Shown: positions 23,083-32,390 of the stretch, in pieces
Layout: the number at the start of each line of letters is the position of its first letter
How positions within the stretch are numbered: position 1 is the first letter of the stretch
IMG/VR virus record: IMGVR_UViG_3300025112_000081
Strand: one strand, 5' to 3'
From: a virus
Length of the DNA: 33,876 nucleotides
Notes under the pieces: model-generated
What the model was told of the DNA's origin: nothing
The model's database searches: none
Seen by the model: the letters and a program-made list of their open reading frames with translations, nothing else
Position numbers and translations under genes: made by a program

Positions 23083-26000
23083 TTACTGAATTTGAGCCCC
23101 CGAAAAGTAGTTTTGAGTGGTGGAACCGGTACAAGCTGAATCACTAGCGTGGCCGCTATAATAAACCACTTGAATATAATCGGCGGCAGCAAGTTTTATT
23201 GGCCCCGTCTCTATGCGATAATCATATTCGTCACTTGTGCCGGTATAAGATTTTGCGCCCCTCAAAAGCTCACCCCCGTTCTTGGCTAGCCATAGGTAAG
23301 AATCCGCGTGGCCGTTAGTCACGTTACCCCCCAACAGCTGAGCCGAAAAAGTGTAAACTCCATCAAATGGCGCGGTGAATTTGTTTTGCCCTAAAGTTGA
23401 ATTGAAGTTGTCGCCGTCATCATGAGCTTCGGTGTCAAAATCGACTAAAGTATTCGCGCCCTTACCCAATGTTTGAGAAGTGTTTGTGACGAAAAAAGAA
23501 GGCATAGCACGAACCATGCGGATCGCATCAAAAATACCGTTCTCAGGAGAAGCGTCGGACCACTTTGAAAGAAGAACTCTAGCATAAGCGGCGGTAGCTG
23601 GTGCGGTGGTAAAGACATCATAACGGGTCATATCGGTAGTATCAGCGCTTGCGTTATGATTCACCAAGATCGGCGCAGAAACTTGAGCCTTTGCCTCGGT
23701 TAGCCATTCGATTTGAGCCATGCACTGAGCGGTGGTTGAGGACCCTTTCACAGAAATGCCAAACTGATAAACCCTATCTCGCTCAATCCTAAAGGGGTGG
23801 CTCTGAACATACGATCCGGCAAGAGAACTTAAATTTATGTTTAGGGCATAATTCCCTGAGTAGGCTGTAGTCTCCTCCCTTGCAGCATCAGTGCCCCACG
23901 TAACAACGGCGGTGTTTCGTACTTCCCAATTGTCTGGGGGATACCCTGGGCCACGGGACCACGTTTCAAAATCTGGATTAGGCACCAGATTGCCCCCCGC
24001 CTCAAAATCAGTTGTGCTTATGTTTCGGGGCCTAACCGCGCCGAATTTTCTTAAGTCTGTTATTGTACAAGATGAGCCACCGGCAACAACTTTTGCAATC
24101 ACGACCGAGGACCTCCCTAAGTCAGGCTGCGCTGCTCCGGTCGTGACGGTTTGAACAGCTATCTGACCCGTTTTTAAATCGGCTGAAAAATAGTGGTCTC
24201 TGCTTGCGACAACTGTGATTACTTCATCAGTCTTAAAAGGAACAACTTTGGAGCCGCAACCAGCGGTTCCCCTTTTAATTGTAACATTCAAGCCTGAAGA
24301 TGTAGCACCGAGTCCCATCACGGTATGTCTTGAAACCCCAACCTCAACTTCGTTCGCGTAACGGATTCCTGGGATGGTATCTAACGGACCCCTCACACCA
24401 GCAGCGGGCCAAGTATAAGTAGCATTGATTGCTGGCGGACTTGATTTTGTTGCGTAGGCAAGCTTCCACTTTATGTGTGCGGAGTTATCATCAAGGCTTA
24501 GCTCTTTTCCAATTACTTCCCACTTGTGTCCTGAGTCAATTCCATCAAAGCCATAGCTCAAAAAGCTCTCATTGGTAACGGTTACAAAATCAGCAAGCTG
24601 AACAGCCCATTGCGAAAGGTTCGTTGTTACTTCGATTATCTCACAACCGTTTGAAAATCTTTGCAACTGAGTGAGTGCGAAATCTCGGTGCATTGTTACA
24701 TCGAAAGCTTTTGCGGCTGGCTCTAGAACATCAACATCACCGCCGGGCTCGAAAGGGTCTCGATGCTGTGCTGCCGTAGTATTGAGAGCCCCCCTGTTCA
24801 TCGATGCTATTGTTAGATCTGCGAACATTGGTTTATGGGAATCCCCTGGAGAGCCTAAGATAAAATGATCAGGAATAATAAGTTTCGAGCCTTCAACAAG
24901 GTCTAAAGAAATGCACTTCATCACCTCATCGTTAACAAGGATGTAAAGGGGCTTGGACCCGCTCAACTGGGCCTCTGAATCCTGCATGTTTTCCCAAGGA
25001 TTTGAATAAACAGCATCATTGACACGAGTACCAGAAAGCCCAAAAGGATAAGCAACCCGCAAGGGGCTCAGCGCTCCGGTGGTTGTTACTTCCGACTGAA
25101 TATCCGCGTGCCAATTAATCCCCAAAAAATTATCAGAACGGACGAACAGTCCCACCGATTCACCAGGGTATGCGTAGTTTGATTGGCTAGTTGTGTCTTT
25201 AAGCGTAACTGAACCCTTGTAGGGTTCGCCATGAGTTGGGCGTTCCCCCGTGACTGACATCTCTATTTGGTTAGCGATGATTGTTTGGACTTGAGTCATC
25301 TCATTAATATCGTTGTCAGTCCAAGCCACTGAGGCCGCTGTAGTCGTGTCGAATCTCACAAATCGGACTTGGCCATCCTCCCCAAAATAAAGACACCCGA
25401 CAAGAATTTTGACAAAATCTTGAATGGTGATGTTATAGTCAACCGTCACGCCGTAGGGGATGATGTGATTGTAGGCGGCAACATCGATCCGGTCCCACCC
25501 ATTCCACCGCTCAAGGTAGATATATTCCGGCCCATGAATTCCCCCCGTATGATGTCCTGAATGAGTGACGCAATAATGACCTATCGTGCTCGCGTAGTCT
25601 GCATGCGTCGGGTCAAACATATCATCATCGACATACTCTGAAGGAATACCCTGAGCCAAAAGAAGTTGCTTAATTACTTGCAAAGGGTGCTTATTCATCC
25701 ACATGTCAGTTACCGCCTGACCTCCCCAGCGATAAAAATCCTGGCATTCTAAATCGATTCCATCATCTCTAGGGTTTATCTCTTCGATTACTCCAGAAAA
25801 AGCGTGGGCCCAATGAAGCTCCGTTGTTAAACCCCTGGTGCCAAGCTTCACCGTTATGGCTCGGCCTTTTAACCGATTATCTTTTATAAATGTCCGAATC
25901 ATCGGGTGATTTGCCAGGGTGACGGTTGTGCTATTCTTGACGACTGTTCTATCGTAAGGGTCCATCGCTTGATTGATTGGAGTACATGCAATCACTAAGG

Positions 26001-26193
26001 GGTAAACGTCTCTAGCTCCGGTGGTGCCCCCTGTGAATGGGTTATAAATCCCAGAGAAAACCATTCCTTTATTGCCTGTGCAAAATGCGTAGGGGTTCGG
26101 GTCAGCGGTCCCTGCATATATTTGGACTAAAAAAACCGCTTCAACTTCAGCCTTGGCGAATTCTTCTGTGAATGCTGCGTTAAGGGTTAGCAC
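23083..26193 (-). CDS. Tail tip / host-specificity protein (1036 aa) with CBM4_9-like and C1q/TNF-like C-terminal domains
   Basis: Largest gene, two genes downstream of the TMP. NLVPNPDFETWSRG...W (galactose-binding-like CBM pattern). C-terminal FNSTLGQNKFTAPFDGVYTFSAQL...LAKNG...AADYIQVVYY...NYFSGAQIQ fits the gC1q pattern. GTG start. Confidence 0.65.
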   Translation of the reverse strand: MLTLNAAFTEEFAKAEVEAVFLVQIYAGTADPNPYAFCTGNKGMVFSGIYNPFTGGTTGARDVYPLVIACTPINQAMDPYDRTVVKNSTTVTLANHPMIRTFIKDNRLKGRAITVKLGTRGLTTELHWAHAFSGVIEEINPRDDGIDLECQDFYRWGGQAVTDMWMNKHPLQVIKQLLLAQGIPSEYVDDDMFDPTHADYASTIGHYCVTHSGHHTGGIHGPEYIYLERWNGWDRIDVAAYNHIIPYGVTVDYNITIQDFVKILVGCLYFGEDGQVRFVRFDTTTAASVAWTDNDINEMTQVQTIIANQIEMSVTGERPTHGEPYKGSVTLKDTTSQSNYAYPGESVGLFVRSDNFLGINWHADIQSEVTTTGALSPLRVAYPFGLSGTRVNDAVYSNPWENMQDSEAQLSGSKPLYILVNDEVMKCISLDLVEGSKLIIPDHFILGSPGDSHKPMFADLTIASMNRGALNTTAAQHRDPFEPGGDVDVLEPAAKAFDVTMHRDFALTQLQRFSNGCEIIEVTTNLSQWAVQLADFVTVTNESFLSYGFDGIDSGHKWEVIGKELSLDDNSAHIKWKLAYATKSSPPAINATYTWPAAGVRGPLDTIPGIRYANEVEVGVSRHTVMGLGATSSGLNVTIKRGTAGCGSKVVPFKTDEVITVVASRDHYFSADLKTGQIAVQTVTTGAAQPDLGRSSVVIAKVVAGGSSCTITDLRKFGAVRPRNISTTDFEAGGNLVPNPDFETWSRGPGYPPDNWEVRNTAVVTWGTDAAREETTAYSGNYALNINLSSLAGSYVQSHPFRIERDRVYQFGISVKGSSTTAQCMAQIEWLTEAKAQVSAPILVNHNASADTTDMTRYDVFTTAPATAAYARVLLSKWSDASPENGIFDAIRMVRAMPSFFVTNTSQTLGKGANTLVDFDTEAHDDGDNFNSTLGQNKFTAPFDGVYTFSAQLLGGNVTNGHADSYLWLAKNGGELLRGAKSYTGTSDEYDYRIETGPIKLAAADYIQVVYYSGHASDSACTGSTTQNYFSGAQIQ

Positions 26194-27086
26194 TAACTTT
26201 CCCCCGTTAGATATGGAGCGCTTTCTCTCATGTCTAATTGAAGCATTCGACTAGACGGGCCAGTCAAATCAAAATCAAGTTCAGGAGGGCACGTCATAAC
26301 ATGGCAATCACTGGGGCTAGTCCCTGGATTTTCTATCCAAAGGAAAGGCTTAGACCCATAGTCACACTCATCCCACCAGCTTGTCACGTCGGAGATATGG
26401 GTAGCATTGTCCATCTCGATAGAGCCGGACCTAAACGCCCTACCTTTAGAGCGCGTGTACGTCGTTGTTAGGCCGCTGCGCGATTCAAAGCGCACAACTT
26501 CTGAGCCTGTTCTTTTCTCCTGAGCAGCGATGTTGAATTTGTAGGGAAGATGCCGCCGCTGGCCTAGCCAGACCTCACCGATTTTAGGGGTTCCACTTGT
26601 GCCGGTGATATTTATTCTCACATGAGGAGTGGTTGTCCAGCTCTTAGCCGTTGATGTGTCACTCAAGACAAGGGAAACGAGTCTCTTGTTACTTGAACCA
26701 GGGGACCAGGTTGAGAGGTCAGTCACGCTCCCAAAAGTTGCGTCGGTAGCTTTTTGAAACTTTACAGTCAAACCGCCAATTGTCCCGAAGTTATGCCCCC
26801 CGATCATAATCATATCAAAGGGCTCATGGGTTCCCAGGTTCATAGAAAGATTCCATGTTGCCCCGGTAGTGTCTGGCCTAGTGTCCACATTGAGAAAACG
26901 GTCCCAAGCATTTGAGGCGGGAAAGCTCGTATGCGTATCGCTGGTATCTGTCAGATCATTAGTAGGTAACCACTTGATGTTAGAAGTGCTGGGAGAAGAG
27001 TCTTCTAGGATGTTTCTCCCTACAAGAATCGGTTTATCTGCAGTGACCAGAGCAAGCTGGGCCGTTGATAAGTTTGAGCCGCCCAT
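26193..27086 (-). CDS. Minor tail protein (distal tail protein candidate, 297 aa)
   Basis: Position directly after the TMP; TAATG junction; no motif recognised. Confidence 0.4.
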   Translation of the reverse strand: MGGSNLSTAQLALVTADKPILVGRNILEDSSPSTSNIKWLPTNDLTDTSDTHTSFPASNAWDRFLNVDTRPDTTGATWNLSMNLGTHEPFDMIMIGGHNFGTIGGLTVKFQKATDATFGSVTDLSTWSPGSSNKRLVSLVLSDTSTAKSWTTTPHVRINITGTSGTPKIGEVWLGQRRHLPYKFNIAAQEKRTGSEVVRFESRSGLTTTYTRSKGRAFRSGSIEMDNATHISDVTSWWDECDYGSKPFLWIENPGTSPSDCHVMTCPPELDFDLTGPSSRMLQLDMRESAPYLTGES

Positions 27087-28621
27087 TAGACCATTATCCC
27101 TTTTCTCTTCAATCTACCCAGAGAAGGCAGTAGTCGATCCTTGATCCATTTGTCCTGCTCTGCCGGTGTTCTTGACACAATTGAGGAATCGTTGAAATTA
27201 ATTGTGACCCCTCCACCGCCTTGAGCACGGACAACACCCCCGCTTGAAAAGCCCTGTTCGCCCCTCGGGGATTGCTTCGCAACCGCTAGGAGTTTCTTTG
27301 TCATGTCTTTTGGTATGATAAGCTCTCCGGGAGTCAATAAACTTGGAACCATATCCGAATCACCGACACCCGGCACAATTCCGCCCCTATTAAATTTAGC
27401 TGATTTAGGAACGTCTTCTTTCATCGCTAAAACCATGGCAGACATTGCAACGGCCGCAGCGGCGGCAAGATAAGGACCGGCACCGGGGATCCAGGATTGA
27501 GAGGCAGCAGCCCCCGAGGAGGCGACCGCAGCATTTGCACCAATCTGGGCAATAGCAGCCTGAACAACTGCGTTCATCGTACTCACGACGACATCCATTA
27601 TCTTGTCACCCATCTCATCAGCAGCAGCCCCACCGCTAGCAAAAGCACCGACCACTGAGGTTCCAATCGTACCAGCGGCGGAAGCCCAGGCCGCGTGAGA
27701 ATTGGTTGCCGCTGTAGTGGTTTTCTTCCCCGCTTTCTCTGCCGCTTCCTCTGTTTCTGCAAGAGTGATGTTTAGGCCTTCTGTGCCCTCTGCCAAACCA
27801 TCAATCGCCGTTTTTGCGACATCCCCGATTCCCTTCTTGAACTTGGTGCTGATTCTATCGACACGGGCCTCAAGTTCCTCTTGTTTCTTTATTAGGGGGT
27901 CAATAGACCTCCCGGCCTCAGTCGCTGATGCTTTGAATGTTTTAGCAAGACCTCTTGCAGCCCCGCCGAGCCGGGCAAACTTGGCAGCAAAATCTATCCG
28001 CCCCCACTCTGCCTCAATTTCAGCCATGTATAGCATAAACTCGCTCAGCCCCGTGAGAAGGCCCCCGAACATTGTTTCAACCGCTCCCCTTAATTTCAAC
28101 CAGATCAGCCGCCAGCCGAAAGTGGCTCTTGTAGCAAACAAAATTGACTTAGAAACGCCCGTTGTTAATACTTGCGCCGTCTTTTTTAAAAAATTGATAA
28201 TCCCAGACGCAAGCATCTTTTGATTTTCAACTAACCAAAGCCTTGTATTTTTTATAACTGGCCCAAGGGCTTTTGTGGCTTGGCTAAAAGCACTCACAAG
28301 AACATCTCCAACCCTAGCAGCAAGGGAGCCCACCAGGTTTCTTGATTCCTTGAATTGCTCGATTAATGCGTCGTTCTCTTTTCGATATTGCATTGACATT
28401 TCAGAAGCCAGCACCATCACATCCTTGAACTTTTTGACGATTTCAACGGCCTGATTCACGGCGATAGCTGCAAACCCTAATGACTTCAAAGCAGCGGCTC
28501 CACTAGTGCCGAGAGTTCTCACTGCTTTGCTAGAGTGCCCAGCCGCATCACCAACCCCTTTGATTGCTTTGCTTGCCTTGTCTTTGGCTGTAAGGATAAT
28601 CCCGTATTTTTTATCAGCCAT
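27086..28621 (-). CDS. Tape measure protein (511 aa)
   Basis: Ala-rich helical protein directly downstream of the G/GT chaperone pair; hydrophobic AAAAAVAMSAMVLA segment. Confidence 0.8.
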   Translation of the reverse strand: MADKKYGIILTAKDKASKAIKGVGDAAGHSSKAVRTLGTSGAAALKSLGFAAIAVNQAVEIVKKFKDVMVLASEMSMQYRKENDALIEQFKESRNLVGSLAARVGDVLVSAFSQATKALGPVIKNTRLWLVENQKMLASGIINFLKKTAQVLTTGVSKSILFATRATFGWRLIWLKLRGAVETMFGGLLTGLSEFMLYMAEIEAEWGRIDFAAKFARLGGAARGLAKTFKASATEAGRSIDPLIKKQEELEARVDRISTKFKKGIGDVAKTAIDGLAEGTEGLNITLAETEEAAEKAGKKTTTAATNSHAAWASAAGTIGTSVVGAFASGGAAADEMGDKIMDVVVSTMNAVVQAAIAQIGANAAVASSGAAASQSWIPGAGPYLAAAAAVAMSAMVLAMKEDVPKSAKFNRGGIVPGVGDSDMVPSLLTPGELIIPKDMTKKLLAVAKQSPRGEQGFSSGGVVRAQGGGGVTINFNDSSIVSRTPAEQDKWIKDRLLPSLGRLKRKGIMV

Positions 28622-28633
28622 CCTTAGCCCCTT

Positions 28634-29352
28634 TTACGTTTTTTCGTTGTTCTTTTTCTCAAGCTCATTCTTTTCACCTTCACAAATTTCAAAGGCTTCA
28701 AGAACCACTGAAGGCTGCGACATAATATCTGAACCGCCCCAAGGAAGAATTTTAAGAGAGCGCCAATTGAGCCACCACGAAAGAAGCTCCCACGTTTCGC
28801 TTTTAATCTGCGACCACGGACAGCGGCGTAGTGAATGGTCGAAGGCAAAGCCGAGATTAGAGGTCGGTTTACCGTCGCAACCCCTCGCCTTTCTCTTTGA
28901 ATCGCCATGCTCCCAACCTTCCCCTTTGCATTTGGAACAGCCCCAATTAAAGGAGGGGTCGCCACTAAGCACAAACTTAGCAGCGAGAATTAGTTTTTTC
29001 TTTGACCTGCCTTTAGCTTTGAAATGCTCGATAGAGCCTCATAGACCTCATCAACCAGTGCAGTCTCACCGCGCTCAAAAAGTTCTTCACCGTTTAAGAT
29101 TGGCTCGCCTTTTATGTCTTCGTAGTTCTCAATATTCACAACCCGCTCAGTGATAATTCTCTTAACAACAGCCTCAGCTTTACGCATCGCTTGTGGCGAG
29201 GATGGCTTAGTCCCGACCATCGCCCTTTGGTATGCCCTAACCTCTTCACCTGTCATTGGCAGCAAGTCACAGCTAACTTGATTCCCTTCTTCAAGTTCTC
29301 GATTATCTCCCAGCTCTGGAATGTAAAGAATAATATCTTCCTCGTTGTACAT
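28634..29352 (-). CDS. Tail assembly chaperone GT-type fusion made by a programmed -1 frameshift (G part 29352..28993, T part 28993..28634)
   Basis: The -1 frame is open from the slippery heptamer straight into the 112-aa ORF 28634..28972 (KKLILAAKFVLSGDPSFNWGCSKCKGEGW...). Confidence 0.6.
28990..29352 (-). CDS. Tail assembly chaperone (gpG-like, 120 aa)
   Basis: Acidic small protein between the tube protein and the TMP; ends ...GGT CAA AGA AAA AAC TAA. Confidence 0.65.
   Translation of the reverse strand: MYNEEDIILYIPELGDNRELEEGNQVSCDLLPMTGEEVRAYQRAMVGTKPSSPQAMRKAEAVVKRIITERVVNIENYEDIKGEPILNGEELFERGETALVDEVYEALSSISKLKAGQRKN
28993..28999 (-). other. Slippery heptanucleotide A_AAA_AAC (-1 frameshift site)
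   Basis: In the zero frame AGA AAA AAC TAA. X_XXY_YYZ phasing is correct, and the site is the last two sense codons of G. Confidence 0.6.
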
Positions 29353-29373
29353 AATAGCCCCCGGCCTTAAATG

Positions 29374-30498
29374 TTATGAAAATGTAATTGTTAGCTCATC
29401 ATTAGATGCGGCGTCTTGAGCAAGCGCTCTGAATGGTAAATCAATAATAACTTCTTCGGACTCTGGAACGTTTAAAGCTGAGAATTCAAACTCAACTTGA
29501 TCAAGGTCAATGGTGCAGACATTACCCGTACCGCTACCGCTCACGATTTGTAAATCTCTTGCGCCGAACCCCTTGCGCTTCCCTATTTCGAGCGCTTGGT
29601 CCTTTGCACATCTCACGCTCAAGCTTCCGGTAACATCTCGAAAGCCTGGGATAAAATCCGTAACAGTTGAAGCAAAAGCCTCGTCAGAAATTGCTTTGAT
29701 ATTGTTAACAAGGGACAACTCAAAAGAAACGATTTCTAACCCACTGTTCCCGGCCAAAGTCACCGAGCCGGTGATCCCTGGGCTTGGGGATCCTGCGGTT
29801 GTTTCTGAGGGCGTAAAAGGGATCACAGCATCACCATCAGACCAGCTTGAAGCAGATTCCAGCGTGATGGCTGTTCCATTCTTTGCTGTAACTTTGATGT
29901 TGTCGGCACTGGACCCAACTTTGATAACTGAACCTACTTCGATGGCATCAGCATCGTCGACAACCAAAGCAGTGGTGGAGGACCCAGCCCCGTCTGCGGT
30001 TGTTGTGCTTGTATGAATATGAGTTGAAGCTCCACCGCTGAAAGATACCTTGGGGTCATCGCCGCCACTCATCGAAATGGTCATGGTGTCAACATAAGCG
30101 CCGGTTACTGATTCCATCACAACATTGTTCATTTGCTGGATTAGCGACAACGAATCCAAGGCTTGCCCTGAGGTTAAGCTGAAAACCTGGCTAGAGCTGG
30201 CACCCATCGCGGCCTTGAATAAAGGCGCAAGATCGGGATCAGTAGAACCGGAGCCCGAAGGAATAAGATAGGAATCAACCGACCAAGAGACCTCTTTACG
30301 CCCGGTAATCCGCTCATAATGCGCCCGCACCGCTCTCGAATCCATTCTGTTCTTGCGCTCTTGCTTGAAATCAAAAGAGCAGTTTAGGACCTTGGCCGCA
30401 TCAGTAGCGGCTGGCTTAACAAATGTCCCATAAGTTGATTCTACTTTTGCAAAAAATGCCCTATTTCTTCCTAGTGCGTGGTCTTGAGTGCTTCCCAT
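29374..30498 (-). CDS. Major tail (tube) protein (374 aa)
   Basis: Immediately upstream of the G/GT pair; T/S/G-rich central insertion suggests a surface Ig-like domain. Confidence 0.6.
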   Translation of the reverse strand: MGSTQDHALGRNRAFFAKVESTYGTFVKPAATDAAKVLNCSFDFKQERKNRMDSRAVRAHYERITGRKEVSWSVDSYLIPSGSGSTDPDLAPLFKAAMGASSSQVFSLTSGQALDSLSLIQQMNNVVMESVTGAYVDTMTISMSGGDDPKVSFSGGASTHIHTSTTTADGAGSSTTALVVDDADAIEVGSVIKVGSSADNIKVTAKNGTAITLESASSWSDGDAVIPFTPSETTAGSPSPGITGSVTLAGNSGLEIVSFELSLVNNIKAISDEAFASTVTDFIPGFRDVTGSLSVRCAKDQALEIGKRKGFGARDLQIVSGSGTGNVCTIDLDQVEFEFSALNVPESEEVIIDLPFRALAQDAASNDELTITFS

Positions 30499-30672
30499 TT
30501 ATTCAGTCTCCTCTTGCGATTCTTTTTTCGATTCTTTTTTTGGTGCTTTTTTTACGGGCTCAAAGTCACCGCGCTTTGCTAAAGCCTCGGTTCCTTTAAT
30601 CACCTCGCCGTGCTTTAACCCACGACCTCCGATTTTCAGGTTTCCGTCTTCGCCTATATATTTTAATTTCAT
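30499..30672 (-). CDS. Small basic protein (57 aa), not in the ORF track
   Basis: ATGA overlap upstream and TAAATG junction downstream; MKLKYIGEDGNLKIGGRGLKHGEVIKGTEALAKRGDFEPVKKAPKKESKKESQEETE. Confidence 0.5.
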   Translation of the reverse strand: MKLKYIGEDGNLKIGGRGLKHGEVIKGTEALAKRGDFEPVKKAPKKESKKESQEETE

Positions 30673-31121
30673 GAACTCCCTACCCCTCTGAAGTATGCAA
30701 CGTTGGTTGTGATAACCATAGAGCCATCCCCATCACCATCAGGGGCACCCTCATCCGTTTCCACTGATGTGATTGTTGTTGATATTGCGTTATTGTCTCT
30801 CGTCGTATCAGTATTGAGGGCCGCAATCACGTCATCAAGTAGATCGTTCAACTTGCTTGCCCTATCGTCTTGGGTTGTTCCTGCGACGTGTCCAATAACG
30901 AGAAGAGTCAACACAACTCTAATATTGCTATACTCAAAACTTAGGCTCTCTCTTTGTGGGACGATACCGAGCCAAGGCTTTTGGCCTGGCTTCACCGTTG
31001 CCCAGGATTTCCCTAAGGCCTCCACCGTGTCGATCGTGGTTTTGTAACCGTTGCCGGTAGTTATTGTTTCAAGGACTGTTTTAATATTTTGGAGAACGAG
31101 CCGCCTGGTAGGGGTAGCCAT
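30669..31121 (-). CDS. Tail completion / terminator protein candidate (150 aa)
   Basis: Gene order (before the tube protein); N-terminus resembles DUF3168/gpU-like proteins. Confidence 0.4.
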   Translation of the reverse strand: MATPTRRLVLQNIKTVLETITTGNGYKTTIDTVEALGKSWATVKPGQKPWLGIVPQRESLSFEYSNIRVVLTLLVIGHVAGTTQDDRASKLNDLLDDVIAALNTDTTRDNNAISTTITSVETDEGAPDGDGDGSMVITTNVAYFRGVGSS

Positions 31122-31708
31122 CAGAATCCACCCTTCTCAAATACAAGGCCCACGTTTTTGTCAAAAGCCTTCTCAACATCCTTATCAAAGGTAGAGAGTG
31201 CCTTGTCTAAATATCTAAGGCCGGGGATTTTCACTTTTTTCTTCAAGATAAAGACAGGTTTCTCTCTGCCCTTTTCAAATAGATACGCGGTCCCGCTTGG
31301 GTCGTGGCTGCTTAGTGCAAAGTGTAATTTGCCATCATGGAAATCTCTTGGCCATCTTATTCCAACGTAGCTCTTTGCGCTTCTGTGAGGGTAGGCCATC
31401 CACTTAAGCGGGGCATTTGGCGTAAGTGTTTTACCCTCATCTTGTACCTTCGCATAGATTAAATCACTAAAAACACCGAAAGCAACTTCTTCGCCCGTAT
31501 CCAACAGCTCCGGCTCATAGCTATCAGCAAGGCCACCTTTTGGATTCTTGGCTAAACTGTAGATTGCTTCAACAATTGACTCGGTGAGAAAATGGGCGCT
31601 TTGCTCCATTGCTTTTAGTACACCCTCTTCAGGCATTCTCTCGGCAATGTCATCAAGAATTTCCCCTAGTAACGGGGTTTCTTCGATAACGTCAAAATCA
31701 CCAGCCAT
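31121..31708 (-). CDS. Head-tail joining protein candidate (HK97 gp10-like, 195 aa)
   Basis: Gene order; weak resemblance only. Confidence 0.35.
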   Translation of the reverse strand: MAGDFDVIEETPLLGEILDDIAERMPEEGVLKAMEQSAHFLTESIVEAIYSLAKNPKGGLADSYEPELLDTGEEVAFGVFSDLIYAKVQDEGKTLTPNAPLKWMAYPHRSAKSYVGIRWPRDFHDGKLHFALSSHDPSGTAYLFEKGREKPVFILKKKVKIPGLRYLDKALSTFDKDVEKAFDKNVGLVFEKGGF

Positions 31709-31712
31709 CTAA

Positions 31713-32141
31713 TCAACACCAATCCCCATTTGAGCCGCCGCTACTGTTCACGCGGTCATTCATCCCAACTGTAAACGTAGGCTTTTCAAAATCGGAATCG
31801 TCGTTTAGCGTATCGTTATCGCTCTTCGATATGCCTCCAACCTTAACCCGAGTTTCTCCGCCGGATTCCTTAACAAGATTTGCGAGAATGTCTTTATAAT
31901 GCTGTGTCTTTTGAGACCGAGAGCCAGACATACCTGCCGCGCTTCTATCAATATCTCTTGCAAGCTTCGCAAGAATGGCGCGGCAAGCATCAATTGAGCA
32001 GAGAATAACATCGGCTCGGATATCAAGTAAGGCGTCAATCGTTTCATTGCTTAGCAGCTGGTCGTCTGTGTCGGTATCGCCTATCTTAAGACGCACCTTA
32101 TCACGATCGGTTGCAATGCTATCTGAGAAACTCCAGGTCAT
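31713..32141 (-). CDS. Head-tail connector / adaptor candidate (gp6-like, 142 aa)
   Basis: DRDKVRLKIGDTDTDDQLLSNETIDALL resembles the N-terminal signature of gp6-like connectors; gene order. Confidence 0.45.
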   Translation of the reverse strand: MTWSFSDSIATDRDKVRLKIGDTDTDDQLLSNETIDALLDIRADVILCSIDACRAILAKLARDIDRSAAGMSGSRSQKTQHYKDILANLVKESGGETRVKVGGISKSDNDTLNDDSDFEKPTFTVGMNDRVNSSGGSNGDWC

Positions 32142-32386
32142 TTGTGAGCCCTTGTGTTGTGACGCTTAAGCCCAGGCCCATCCTTGAAATCCCTTTCACA
32201 CTTATTACAGCGAAACCTCGGGATTTCTACTTTTTCAATATGGCCCCACTTTAGCAGTGACTTAAATTGCGCCCATTCCTCTGGATGATCAAGGACATCT
32301 CCTGGCGAGATGTCCCCGATCTTACGTCCAGGAAGAGCCACTTTTAAATACCTCTTTGCAATATAGGTTGCCCCCGGCATGATCAT
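32138..32386 (-). CDS. Small protein with a classical C2H2 zinc finger (82 aa)
   Basis: FRCNKCERDFKDGPGLKRHNTRAH = F-x-C-x2-C-x3-F-x5-L-x2-H-x4-H. ATGA-coupled to the connector gene; fills the MCP-connector gap. Confidence 0.6.
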   Translation of the reverse strand: MIMPGATYIAKRYLKVALPGRKIGDISPGDVLDHPEEWAQFKSLLKWGHIEKVEIPRFRCNKCERDFKDGPGLKRHNTRAHK

Positions 32387-32390
32387 CCTA

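Noticed and set aside
20809-26193. Diversity-generating retroelement targeting the fibre genes
   Set aside because: There is no reverse transcriptase ORF anywhere in the genome, and I saw no template/variable repeat pair.
28624-28974. 116-aa minus-strand ORF overlapping the T segment in another frame
   Set aside because: The 28634..28972 frame is the one reached by the -1 slip from G and has protein-like composition. The 116-aa frame is basic and low-complexity, and it overlaps the TMP start.
27702-31047. Long plus-strand ORFs (27702..28223, 28506..29153, 29510..30016, 30703..31047) and 33392..33688
   Set aside because: They are antisense to well-supported Ala/Gly/Ser-rich tail and head genes. 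They are typical shadow ORFs with low-complexity translations.
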